64,000 nucleotides of DNA from Chiloscyllium plagiosum (Eukaryota). Below the pieces are notes generated by a model. It saw only the letters and a list, made by a program, of their open reading frames with translations. It did not search any database and was not told where the DNA came from. Location of the stretch: assembly GCF_004010195.1 (NCBI RefSeq), contig NC_057757.1:1076405-1140404 (forward strand), given 5' to 3'. The first letter of the stretch is position 1. Each line of letters begins with the position of its first letter. Below, piece by piece: positions 12,655-25,180 of this stretch. The position numbers and the translations under genes were made by a program.

Positions 12655-13286
12655 CAGGTAGTTCTCCTGTAGGGCTGTAGTTGCATTCCAGTGAAACCTC
12701 ACTAAATGGAAAATCATTGAATATAAATGATGGGGCTCATGGGAAAAGTGGGGTTGGAGCAGATGATCAAAAATTATGACTCAAGATCCCTCAAAAATTA
12801 ATCAGAGATCTAACATAAATTATAGCACAGCCTGAATGAAGGTGTAAATCATATTTATCAATGGAACAAAAGTAAATTTAACAGAATACATTTAAAAATT
12901 TTAAGTAATCTGCTCTCTTATAATATCTCTCATGGTCACGTGCAGTATGGCACGAAGACTGGTGCTGACATTGCGCGTGCATAGAATGGCACGGAGACAT
13001 CAGCATGGGCATGGACACTGGTGTGTGTGCAGAATGGCATGGAAATTTTGGCATGGACATTGGTGCGTGTGCAGAACAGCATGGAGATTTCAGCGTGGAC
13101 ATTGACGCATGTGCAGAATGGCATGGAAATTTCAGCATGGACATTGGCGCATGTGCATACCAGAGCACGCGGACTAATCCCTGCTTGAATCACATTATTG
13201 CAAACAGGGGTGAGTGTTCTCGAAGATACTGTCACCTAATTCTTCAGCCAAATCTGCTAAATTGCACGTTATCCCAGAACCACCTG
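12655..13286. mobile_element. Tc1/mariner-superfamily (Tigger/pogo-like) non-autonomous element
   Basis: TA|caggtagttct ... agaaccacctg|TA terminal inverted repeats with TA duplication; host LINE continues on both sides. Confidence 0.7.
12942..13160. repeat. Minisatellite, about 5 copies of a 42-bp unit
   Basis: gcagaatggcatggaaattt..gcatggacattggtgcgtgt with unit starts at 13029, 13071, 13113 and 13155, plus 39-bp and 48-bp variants upstream. Confidence 0.9.
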
Positions 13287-14344
13287 TAGAAGATTAAACA
13301 ACTTAATGAAGGAGGAGGCTCCCAAATACACCACCATCAATGATGGTGGTCCAACACATCTGTATAAAAAAATAAACATTTTCAACAATATTCAGCAAGG
13401 AATGCTGAGTGGATGAGTCCCCAGTATCATAGATGCCAGTCTTCAGCCAATTTGATTGACTCCATATCACATCAAGAAATGACAGACAGCACTGAATACT
13501 GCAAAGACTATTGGCCCTGATAACATTCTGGCAATAGCATTGAGGCACGTGCTCCAGAATTTGCAAATCCCTTAAGCTTTTCCAGTATAGCAACAACAAT
13601 GGCTTTTAGTGGCAATATGAAAAATTGTCCAGGCATGTCCTATACATAAAACACATGCCATTCCAACCTAGTTAATTATTATTCCATCAGTCTACTATTG
13701 ATCATTGATAAAGTAATGGAAGGGGTTGTCAAAACTGCACTTGGCATTAATGTGCTGAATATACTCACTTTGGGTTGCATCAGGGCCACTCAGAGTTTGA
13801 CCTCATGGGCTCAAACATGGTTGAAAGGGTACTAAAGAGTTGAATTCCAGAGGGGAGGTGCGGATGACGGTTCTTGCCATCAAGGCTTCATTTCAACGCC
13901 TTGAGATTACCAAGGGACTACCATTGACCAGAAACCATACTAGTCCTGCAAATAGGTTCTGTGGCTATAAGAGTAAGTTAGGGGCTAGGAATCTTGCAAT
14001 GGCAGCTCACCTTGTGACTCTCCAAAGCCTGTCCACCATCTACAAGGAATAAATAAGGAGTGTGATGGAGTACTCCCCATATTCACTAAAGATCCTTAGA
14101 TAGAACCTTCCAAACACATGGCCATTTCCATCTAGAAGGACAAGGGTAGCAGATACATGGGAACACCACACGTACAAGTTCCCATCCAAGCCATGTACCA
14201 TTCTGACTTGGAAATATATTGCTTTTCCTTGATTATTGCTGGGTAAAAATCCTGGAATTCCCTTCCTAATGGCATTGTGGGTCAACCAAGAGCAGATGAA
14301 CTGCAACAGTTGAAGAAGGCAGCTCACCACCACTTTCATACAGG

Positions 14345-15920
14345 CTGTTAGACTAGATAGAATTGTGGTACATAAGGAGGAGGTGTTAGCAATTCTGGAA
14401 AGCGTGAAAATAGGTAATTCCCCTGGGCCGAATGGAATTTTTCCTAGGATTCTCTGGGAAGCTAGGGAGGAGATTGCAGAACCTTTGGCTTGGATCTTTA
14501 TGTCATCATTGTCCACAGGAATAGTGCCAGAAGACTGAAGGATAACAAATGTTCAAGAAGGGTAGTAGGGACAACCCTGGTAATTATAGACCAGAAAGCC
14601 TTACTTCGGTTGTGGGTAAAGTGTTGGAAAAGATTATAAGAGATAGGATTTATAATCATCTGGAAAGGAATAATTTGATCAGGGATAGTCAACACGGTTT
14701 TGTGAAGGGTAGGTTGTACCTCACAAACCTTATTGAATTCTTTGAGAAAGTGACCAAACAGGTGGCTGAGGGTAAAGCCATTGATCTGGTGTATGTGGAT
14801 TTCAGTAAAGCATTTGATAAGGTTCCCCATGGTAGGCTATTGCAGAAAATGCAGAGGCATGGGATTGAGGGTGATTTAGTGGTTTGGATCAGAAATTGGT
14901 TAGTCGAAAGAAGACAGGGTGACGGTTGATGGGAAATGTTCATCCTGGACTTTGTTTACTAGTGGTGTACCACAAAGATCTGTTTCAGGGCCACTGCTAT
15001 TTGTCATTTTTACAAATGACCTAGATGAGGGTGTAGAAGGATGGGTTAGTAAATTTGCGGATGACACTAAGGTCAGTGGAATTGTGGACAGTGCTGAAGA
15101 ATGTTGCAGGTTACAGAGAGACATAAATAAGTTGCAGAGCTGGGTTGAGTGGTGGCAAATGGACTTTAATGTGGATAAGTGTGAGGTGATTCGCTTTGGA
15201 AGAAGCAACAGGAATAAAGAGTACTGGGCCAATGGTAAGATTCTTGGTAGTGTGGATGAGCAGAGTTGCCATCCATGTTGACAGGGTTGTTAAAAAGGCA
15301 TACGGTGTGTTAGGTTTTATTGGTAGAAGGATTGAGTTTCGGAGCCATGAGGTCATACTGCAGCTCTACAAAACTCTGGTGTGGCCGCAATTGGAGTATT
15401 GCATACAGTTCTGGTCACCACATTATAGGAAGGATGTGGAAGCTTTGGAAAGGGTTCAGAGGAGATTTTCTAGGATGTTGCTTGGCATGGAGGAAATGTC
15501 TTGAGGAAAGGCTGAGGGACTTGAGGCTGTTTTTGTTAGAGAGAAGAAGGTTGAGAGTTGACTTAATGAAGACATACAAGATGATCAGAGGATTAGATAG
15601 GGTGGACAGTAAGAGCCTTTTTCCTTGGATGGTGATGGCTAGCCCGAGAGGATATAGCTTTAAATTGAGGGGTGATAGATCTAGGACAACTGTCAGAGGT
15701 AGCTTCTTTACTCAGAGAGTAGTAGGGGCGTGGAATGCCCTGCAGCAACAGTAGGAGACCCACCAACTTTAGGGTATTTAAATGGTCAATAGAGAAACAT
15801 ATGGATCATAATGGAACAGTGTAGGTTAGAATGGCTTCAGATTGTTTTCACAGTTGGTGAAACATTGAGAGTAGAAGGGCCTGTACTGTGCTGTAATATT
15901 TTATGTTTCATTTTCTATGT
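14345..15920 (+). mobile_element. CR1/HER1 LINE, 5'-truncated RT to 3' tail
   Basis: GNYRPESLTSVVGK, DFSKAFDKVPH, SGVPQRSV, KFADDTK; frameshifted. Confidence 0.92.
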
Positions 15921-17436
15921 TCTCAAGGGCAGCTAGGCATTGACAATAAATGCTGGCTACCCAGCAACATCCACATCCCATGAATGAATAAAAAAAAAGA
16001 ACTTGACAGGACACAGTAGAAGTGATCTTGATCTAACATACTTTCCAGTCAGTTGATAAATAGGGATCAGGAGAGGCATCCTATCTAGTCGATTGTCTGA
16101 TCAACAGGTGCTGGGGTAGATGCTGGTGAGCCAACTGCTTTTCAGCTATGGAGTGGAGATTGAAACTGAGATCAAACGGGTCTGGATGGCTGATCTAACC
16201 TCTGTCTATACCCCCAAGTCCCATCTCAGAATGGCAATAAAGGTTTCCAGAGTTATACCATAGACCACAGATTCCTACCATACCCTTGGCAAGGTTTCTT
16301 GCACCTTTTATTAAAGCAGCATCGAAACAATAAACTTCTTAACTCAGCTTATGCCCTGGCACTGTGTGCTCTGCATTATGACACACAACAAACTGACTCA
16401 AAGTTTTAAAGGTTTACTAACAGCTGTATTTTCCAACTGACTGACCAATAAGCGTGAATGACAGCTCAGGATTGCATGAGAGAGAAGGTGATATCAAAAG
16501 TGGTTATTGTCATTTGGAGCATAAAACCTATACTGTCAATAGAATTGGAAATTATACCTATTGTTCTTACATTTTTATGTGTGAATACAAACACAATTTA
16601 TAGTGATTTCCAGTAACTTGTTTTTAAAAATCCAACTTCTATCACAGTCCTTGGTTCAAAGCAGTATCCTTTTCTACTTTGGTGTCAAAATTAAAATAAA
16701 GACATTTTTAAAAATGTGATCTTAATGTTTAAAAAAATTCTTGGACCCACTCCTTTTTCTCTCAAACTGAATGTAAAATTCAGTCATGTCATGGTGCTGG
16801 TTCCTACGGGTACCTTCATCATGAGATCAATAATTAATCCTATCTTGTTGCACAAGACAAGGTTTAGAATATTCTGCTCTCTGGTCACTTCCAGAATGTG
16901 CTAATAAACTATCCAAAACACACCTGACTTTTCCAGTCTGCAGGTGGATTAAAATATCCCATAATGATCACCATATCTTTCTGACAATCTCCCATTATTC
17001 CCCTTTACATCACTCCTGCAAGTGACTTCTTGTATTCATTATTTCTTCTCTCCATTCAAACCAATTTCATAAATTAGGTTTACTCTCTCAATATTATGCT
17101 AATACAACGAGCAAACCACCCCACCCATTTTTCTAGCTTCCTGTCCTTTCACTCCTCCACCTTTTCCTAATTTTCTGTGCTTCCTAAATGACTTGTACCT
17201 TTCAATATTCAGGTCCCAATCCTTGTCATCTGACAGCCATGCCTGTGCAATGACTACCAGATCATTTTTATTTATATCTTTTTGTACTATTAGTTCATCT
17301 GTTTAGTTTTGATCTTTAATTCTTTTTTGTAAATTCTATTTCATCTAACAATTTACTCTCAGACTCTTAGTTTTGTGTTGTATATCCCTTCCATCCTGGT
17401 CTATTTATCATTTCCTGTATTAATAACTTTGTCTCT

Positions 17437-17675
17437 TGCCTTAACTCTTCAACAACTCCACAGAGGCTGGTATTCAGTCACAAAGTCACCCTTTATTTAC
17501 ATATGGAAAGTCCTTGACACTAATCCAGCTCCCTCAGAGCCAGCTCTCAGAGTGAGTAGGATGTCTGTCGCTCCTTATATGTCAGCCAGGGCTCCCTGAT
17601 TGGACCATATCAAGCCCCATTCAAAGAATTCATATTCTTTGAGGTCCACCTGGCTGACCGAGTTAAATTGCTACA
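17437..17675 (-). mobile_element. Probable short solo LTR inside a decayed LINE
   Basis: TG...CA ends flanked by gtctct direct repeat (17431-17436, 17676-17681); AATAAA on minus strand. Confidence 0.55.
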
Positions 17676-18606
17676 GTCTCTACTGTTTACTTTGTCACAT
17701 CTTCCAAATATTATCTCTTGCCCCACTAGTAGGAATTCTGCGCTTCCATTTTAGTTTAAAATTCTCTCTACTTGTTTGCTTAAGTGGCTTGCAAGAAACC
17801 AGTACTAATATTGTTCAGGTGGAGACTATCTTGTTCCAATTTGGCCTTGCACTGGTGCCAATGCCACACAAACCGGAACCCACTCCTCTCACACCAGCCT
17901 TTGAGCCAAGCATTTATCTTCCTTGTCTAATTAATTCTCTAACCTGATTTCTTCAACGTAGTTTGCATGTGGTTCACGTAATAATCCAGAAATTCTGGGG
18001 TCTGTTTCTTAATTTGGTGCATAGCTCCTAATACTGATAATTCAGAACCTGCTTTGTTCTGCCTTTGCCATTGGTACCGACATGGACATCAACCAGTCTC
18101 TCTCCTTTCCGCTGCAAATTCCTCTCTAGTCTGAGCCTGCAAGAAAGGATGGAATAGTATGTGCTAATGAAAGATATATGTAAAGAACGGTGTTATGTCA
18201 ATAAATAAAACAATTTGTAGAACCTACTTAAGTCAGATAACAGCTGCTCATAAGTGAGAGGAAACCATTACAGGCCATAAACTATCAGAAGAGGCAAGGA
18301 TAGCCATCTCTCATCTGCAGTGTGCAGGATAGAACTTTGAGGCACAAGTCTGATAGCAACAGAAACCACTTACAGAGCAAGAGATTTTCAAATTTGAAAA
18401 TGAGAAGCAGCTTTACCCAAGGCACACTGCAATTGTGTGATTACAGCAAATTCTGGCCAAGGTATGCAGCTTTAATACAGAGTGTACCACAGCGTTGGTC
18501 TTATTTCCTTATCAGTTTATCAATTTACTATCATTGAACTTTCACAGTGAGGTCAGAGGCCACTTGGCACATTTGGTCCATGTAGGCTCTGCAAGATCCT
18601 AACCAC

Positions 18607-18821
18607 AAATCACACAATACCAGTTTATAGTCCAAGAGGTTTATTTGGAAGCACTAGCTTTCAGAGCACTGCTCCTTCATCAGGTGGTTGTCAACCACAT
18701 GATGAAGGAGCAGTGCTCTGAAAGCTAGTGCTTCCAAATAAACCAGTTGGACTATAATCTGGTGCTGTATAATTTTTAACTTTGTACACCCCAGTCCAAT
18801 ACTGGCATCTCCAAATCATGA
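18607..18821. mobile_element. Penelope-like palindromic repeat (family B) with two opposed hammerhead cores
   Basis: Inverted arms of about 85 bp centred near 18691; minus core 18655-18683 CUGAUGA A GGAGC AGU GCUCU GAAAGCUA. Confidence 0.8.
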
Positions 18822-19390
18822 CGTTGCATGAAAACATTTTTCCTCATATCACCGTTGTTACTGTTGTCTTTCAGTTTAAATCAGGTTCTCTACTGTTCTG
18901 GCAATAGGAACAGATTTTCTGTTCTGTTAGATCCATCATGATTTTGGATGTATTTGCAGAGAAAGCTTCATCCAGAGACGGATTGCTGATTAGTTTGTGT
19001 AATGAAGCTCAGTTGTGGAGGCCAGAACTCACCAACATGACAGCTGTTCACTGATTGGCTCTTTGGGAGGTGAACATCTTGTATGAGTGAACAACACGGA
19101 GGAAGAAGCTTCCAGAATGGAACCGTGAAAAGGGTCTCTCACTCTCAGTGATATAACCAAAACTCAGAAAATGGGTAGCTCTTCTCTTCCATCAGTTGGT
19201 GTAAACTGTTGCCTCTAACCAGTGACTGAAAACTGTGTAATAGATATGCCAATTGCATTATGTCTTCAAAGAACTGAAAGAATCTGGATGAGGAAATCAG
19301 AGAACAGAGGGTTTGGAAGCTGTAAAATTGACACCTCATTGAATCTTGTGGGCTGGTGCTATTGAACTATGTTTCCCCAGTTCATCAACA

Positions 19391-19720
19391 TGGTGGCATG
19401 GTGGCTCAGTGGTTAGCACTGCTGCCTCACAGCTCCGGGGTTCCAGGTTTGATCCCAGCCTTGGGTGACTGTGTGGAGCTTGCACATTCTCCCTGTGAAT
19501 GTGTGGTTCCCCTCTGGGTGCTCTGCTTTCCTCCCACAATCTAAAGGTGTGCAGGTCAGGTGAATTGGTCGTGCTAAATTGTCCCATAGTGTCCAGGGAT
19601 GTGTGGGTTAGGTGCATGAGTCAGGGGTAAATGTAGGAATGTGTCTGGGTGGGATACTCTTTGGAGGGTTGATGTGGAATTGTTGGGCTGAAGGGCCTGT
19701 TTCCACATTGGAGGGATTGT
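19391..19720 (+). mobile_element. HE1-type V-SINE
   Basis: A box tggctcagtgg, B-box-like motif, V-domain, LINE-like tail. Confidence 0.88.
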
Positions 19721-19782
19721 AGTATTTTCCCTTCCTCCCATATGTTAATTTGAAAAAGATCTTGTCTGCATGCCTGTTTTGG

Positions 19783-20128
19783 GGAGGTGATGGTGTAGTG
19801 GCATTATTGCTAGACTTTTAATCAAAGATCCAGATAATGTTCTGGGTACCCTGGTTTGAATCCTGCCATGGCAGATAGCCAATTTGAATTCAGTAAATAA
19901 AAACTGGAATTATGAGTCTAATGATGAACATGAAACCACTGTTGATTGTTGGGAAAATGCATCTGATTCACTAATACTCTTTAGGGATGGAAGTTGCCAT
20001 CCTTACCTGGTCTGGCATACATTTGACCCTAGACCCACCGCAAAGTGGTTGACTGTTACCTGCCCTCTGGGCGATAATTACTGGCCTAGCCAGCGACACC
20101 CATATCCTATGTATGAATAAAAAAAAAA
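19783..20128 (+). mobile_element. Second tRNA-derived SINE family sharing its 3' tail with the older LINE; decayed copy near 10195-10520
   Basis: tggtgtagtgg A box, ggtttgaatcc B box; tail ctggcctagccagcgacacccatatcc...gaataaaaaa. Confidence 0.7.
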
Positions 20129-20319
20129 TCAGCTACTAGAGTTTTATGTTGATAATTCATAGTTCTGTTTACCTGTGGCTAGAATTTATTTCTTTGCAAT
20201 AAATAGTAGTTTCCTGTTAAGTGTACAAACCTGACCAATGTTTTCTGTAAACCTGAGTTTATCATACAGGAAAATTGATAAATTTGAGTAGTTTAATTAA
20301 ATCTTTTAACTTCTATAAT

Positions 20320-23300
20320 GATCCTGGGAGTAGTGGGGCTTGAATATCAGCAAATTTTCCCAAGTGGACCAAGACATTAAACAAGGCCAGTTATGAAGGC
20401 ATGAAACAAAATTGACTAAAACTGAATTAGACAATCAGTTTAAAGGGTAGGTCAATAGAGAAACAGTGGCAGACATTTCAGGGGATATTTCAGAAGTCAA
20501 CAAATTTGGAAAATTCCAGAGGACCCAACATTCATTGTAACTAGAAAAGTTAAACAAAGTATAAAGTATTAAGAAAAAGTATATAACGTGTGCAAAGTCG
20601 GATGGCAAATCAGAAGGTTGAAAAGAATATAAAAAATCCAAACAATTAACAAGGAGACAAAAAAATTGAGTTTGAGACAAAGGAAGCTTGAAATGTAAAA
20701 ATATGTTAAGAGTTTAATAAATGTTTACAAAAAAATAAAGTGAGGATTTGTCCTATAGAAAATGAGTGTGGAGAATTGATATTAAAAAAAATGAAGGCGT
20801 GGCAGATGAGTTAAGTGATTATTTTACATCACACTAATCTTCACAACAGAAGGTAAAATCCCAGAAGCAGCTATCATTCAGGAAATTGAAAAGAGGGTCT
20901 TGGGAAAATTAAAATAATTGGAGAAGTGATACTGAGTAAATTGTTGTGGGTGCAGGCTCATAACTTATAATAGCATTTAGTTTGGTGTTTGGATTTGAGC
21001 TAGTGGCATGTGGGCTTTGATCTGTGTGTTTCAGTTGATTTAAAGACTAACTTGTAGATATTTCTCTAGTCATGGTAATTTTGTTTGAAAAAAAAGACAT
21101 ATTTCTTGGAGGCCAATGGGACTTTGCTTCTCATGGGAGAGGTTTTACAAATCCACAACCGTAAACATTTGTGTATTAGGCTTTCAGTTCAGAAGATCAG
21201 CAATTGATATTTTTCTTTGGGGAGAACACCCAGAGTTTGGAAAAAGCTTTTGATTTCGGTTTGGCAAGTTTGCAGAAGTCCTTGTTGAAGTTGGATACCT
21301 AAAATAGTCATTCCTCAGAAAGTGAAAAATCACACGACACCAGGTTATAGTCTAACAGGTTTATTTGAAAGTACAAGCTTTCGGAGATCTGTTTTTGGGA
21401 AAATTTTAGAAACCATTAACAAAGCCATCATAGCAAGGAACTTCAGTAAATTCCCTGTGATCAGGCAGAGTCAGCATGGTTTTGAAAAGTGATACCATGT
21501 TTAACCAATCTGTTGGACTCTTCCACCCCAGGGAAAAGACCTTGTCTATTTATCCTATCCATGCTCCACTCTCTTTAAGAAAGTAATGTGCTGTGGATAA
21601 AAAGGAACTGATGGATGTAATGTACCTTGATTTCCAGATGGCATTTGATAAGGTGTAACATCAAAAGGTATTATGGAAAATAAAATTTCATGTATCAGGA
21701 GCAGCATTTTGGCATGGAAAGAATATTGGCTGGCTAACAGGAAGAATTGAAAAGGGTGGTGCTGGAAAAGTACAACAGGTCAGATAGCATCCAAGGAGCA
21801 GGAGATTGGATGTTTCAGGCATAAGCCCTTCATCAGGAATGTGGAGAGGGAAGGGGGAATGAGAGATATATAGCAGGGGTGGGGCTGGGGTGGAAGGTGG
21901 GTGGGATGACAATAGGTAGACTCAGTTGGGGGAGCAATTGTAATAGGTCAGTGGGGAGGGTGGAGCGGGTAGGTAGGTAGGAAGGAAGATGTACAGATAG
22001 GACAGGATAAGAGGGCGGTGCTGAGTTGGAGGTTGGATCTCGGATGAGGTCGGGAGGAGGGGAGATTTGGAAACTAATGAATTTGATGTCGATGCGATGT
22101 GGTTGGAGGGTCCCAAGGCAGAAGAAGAGGCATTCTTCCAATAAAGAGTAGGCGTAGTGGTGTCTTTTTTCGATTGCAAGATGTAATGAGTAGTGCTTCA
22201 CAGCTATTGGCACTGCGACTTGACTGTTTACAATGTATATAAATAACTTGGATGAAGTGCTGAAGGTATGGTTGCCAAATTTGCTGATAAGAAAACAAAA
22301 AGTCATAGCAGGTGTAGGTCGTTTGGCCCTTGAATGCTTCATCATTCATGAAGATGACAGCTAATTTGCCATGCCTCAACTCATTTTTCTCAGGCCAATC
22401 CATCATAGCTCTCAGTTCCCTGTTATTATGAAAAACTATTTACCTCCTCTTTAGAAGCTAGCAGTGATGCAATCTCCACAACTCTTTAGGGGAAAGAATC
22501 CCAGACATTCAATACCTTCTAGCAGAATAAATGCTTTCACATTTTAAATGAGTGTCCTAACATTGTCCCCAATTCAAGATTTCCCCACTAGTGGAAATAT
22601 CTTCTCAACATCTACCCTGTCAAGTTCCCTCGGGATCTTGTATGTTGCAATAAGGTTACCATTTTGACTGGAAGATAAAAAAAAAGCAAGCGTGTTATCT
22701 CAATGGTGAGAGACTGCAGAGCTCGGAGCTGCAAATCTGGGTATCTTAATACTTGAATCTCAAAAGGCTAGTATGCAGGTATAATTCCTAATTGGGAATG
22801 CTTATAGAATGTTATTTATTGCAAGAAGAATTGAATACGAAAATAGGAAAATTATACTTTAAATATGTAGGTACTGCCTGATCACATGTGGAGTGCTTTA
22901 TACAATATTAGTGTCCAGTCAAGGAAGAATGTGTGTAAATACACTGGAAGCAGTGCAAAGAATGTTTACCAGGCTGACACCTGGAATGGTCCATTTGTGA
23001 GGGACTGGGCTAAATAGACTCGGCTTGTATCTGTTGGAATTTAGAAGGGGTGACATGATTGAAACATTTAAGGTCCTGAGGGGTCTAGACAGGGAAATGC
23101 AGAAAGAATTTTTCCTGCTATAGGATAATCTAGAACTTGGGATCACTGTTTAAAAATAAGGTGTTACCCATTTAAAACAGAGATGAGGTGAGTTTATTTT
23201 TCTTCGAGGATTGGGACTCTTTGGAATTCTCTTCCTGCAAATGAAGTGGGTGGAATCTTGGTAATCAAGGGAGTGAAAGGTTATTGGGGTTTGTGAGATG

Positions 23301-23390
23301 GTGGAGTTGAAAGATCAGCCATGATCTTATTAAATGACGGAGTAGTCTTGAGATACCAAGTGGCCAACTCCGGTTCCTTGTCTATATGTT
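20320..23390 (+). mobile_element. Highly decayed CR1 LINE with nested insertions
   Basis: Scattered RT motifs (cagcatggtttt, gcatttgataagg, aaatttgctgat) and 3' tail near 23310-23390. Confidence 0.7.
21747..22141 (-). mobile_element. Penelope-like element 3' end: GIY-YIG C-terminus, 3'UTR and family A hammerhead repeat
   Basis: LEECLFFCLGTLQPHRIDI in ORF 21833..22345 resembles the PLE endonuclease end; core at 21809-21836. Confidence 0.8.
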
Positions 23391-23918
23391 CACCTGACTG
23401 CTGATGTCATTGTTACATCTAGGTAAACATCATTGCATTATCATAACTATTCCCATTGAACTACTGTAAGTTGTTGGAAGTATGAGCTAGCAATGTTGCA
23501 GCAGTGATAGTGAAACATTTTTGACTCAAATGAAAAGCAGGGTCAACAGTTAATCCATAAACTGGTGAAAGGTTAAGAAAATAAAGTAAGAGGGTTGGTA
23601 GGAGAGAAGAAACTGTTAATACAGGTTAGAAAGATAAAGAAAAAGGGATACCATTGAGAAGAGATTGGGAGAAATGTGTGACCATATGAACGTGTTCCTA
23701 CACACATGTATACAATTCCCTGGAAGCTGCTATGCTTCTTTTAACCTGACACAGTTATCTCAGTTTTTTAAGATACTAACACAGGTCCTTAGTTTGTGTC
23801 TGCCGAATAAGGGGTGTTCCTTCAGGAAGTCACTGATAATCGCCTTTAAATGGCTGCAAATGGAACATGAATACAATAGTTGGCACCTTGAAGATGTGTT
23901 TTGCATGTCTTGGGTGTA

Positions 23919-24087
23919 GTATCGAGAGTGTGGTGCTGCAAAAGCACAGCAGGTCAGGCAGCATCTGAGGAGCAGGAGAATTGATGTTTCGGGCATAAGC
24001 CCTTCATCTTCTCATTCCTGTGCTGTGCTTTTCCAGCACCACACTCTCGACTCTGTTCTCCAGCATCCACAGTCCTCACTTTTTCCT
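23919..24087. mobile_element. Penelope-like family A partial palindrome
   Basis: Exact 14-bp TSD atgtcttgggtgta at 23905-23918 and 24088-24101. Confidence 0.85.
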
Positions 24088-25044
24088 ATGTCTTGGGTGT
24101 ACTCATGCTTGAAGTGCACTTGATAAACTGGTTTGATTTTGAATTGGATCATAGATCCTGCCTTAAAGACAATCACTGATGGACAAGAAATGCTACAAAA
24201 GATCATCGTCACCAACAATCTTTTGTTTATCAATACCTTATCTGAAGATCTGGAGAAGGAAACAGCCTTCCATGTCTGGGTATGCTCCTGATAGCATCAA
24301 TGTGAGATGGATATCAGCATGCAGTCTTTGGTGGCAATAGTAAAAAGCATTTTCATTCTGTAAACATTCTCATTGAGGATTTTAGTTCACAATAGTAGAC
24401 AAACATATTTAGCAAGGGATTTGTATTTGTCATGTGCTTAATTCTGCTACATTCAAAGATTTGAATGAAACTACCCATCAGTGATTGAGGTCAGAGATGT
24501 CCTGCACTTATAAATGCTGCTATACATAGCGTGCCACACATTGATTTGGAAGAAGTGGAGACAGCCTACTCATTTCTTATGCGACATTGCATTAAGGAGA
24601 TTGGTGAAGTGGCTCATTGTGCAGGGACCTGTTGGTATTGCAGATGCAGCTGCTGGGTTAGGCGGGATCGGCTCTAGGGGCACAGGAGTTGTCCATTTTA
24701 GGAACCATTGCGAACATCCTGTTCAGGGAAAACACCTTATTTACTCCATGATTGTTACCAATCATTTTCAGCTAATTGTTTCATATTACTGAGTGAACCT
24801 TGTACCTTTACAGGGAGGTGTGCAGCTGTTGCATGCATTCTGAGTGATACTGCACTTGTCTCTCCATGGGACTAGCCATTCTGTCATGATTGGATGTGTG
24901 GTTGAACCCCCGAGCCAAGAGAGCACACCACTGTTATAGACTGCTGCATTTTCATTGCACAGACTTGCATTGATTTACAAAATGGTGAAATGTCCACATA
25001 TCTGGATAACAAGGATACCGTCAGGCTCCTATTTATTGACAGAT

Positions 25045-25180
25045 TCAAGATTAGTAGAATGGTGCTGGAAAAGCACAGCAGGTCAGGCAGCATCAGAGGA
25101 GTAGGAAATCGAAGTTTTGGGCAAAAGCTCTTCATCAGGAACCCCTTCCTGATAAAGGGCTTTTGCCCGAAATGTTGATT
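25045..25180. mobile_element. Penelope-like family A asymmetric palindrome
   Basis: Opposed decayed cores at about 25111-25138 (-) and 25149-25176 (+). Confidence 0.75.

Larger units (their letters stand above)
11310..16000 (+). mobile_element. Older CR1/L2-type LINE relic (endonuclease to 3' tail) hosting nested Rex1, MITE and HER1 insertions
   Basis: KQQPNLIILIESYL endonuclease; text resumes across each insertion; tail aataaatgctggc...catgaatgaataaaaaa at 15945-16000. Confidence 0.75.

Noticed and set aside
12942..13160. Regularly spaced repeats as a CRISPR-like array
   Set aside because: Units are contiguous with no unique spacers, the context is eukaryotic and there are no cas genes; it is a minisatellite
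14345..15920. Active reverse transcriptase gene
   Set aside because: All LINE and LTR ORFs in the window are truncated, frameshifted or interrupted by stops
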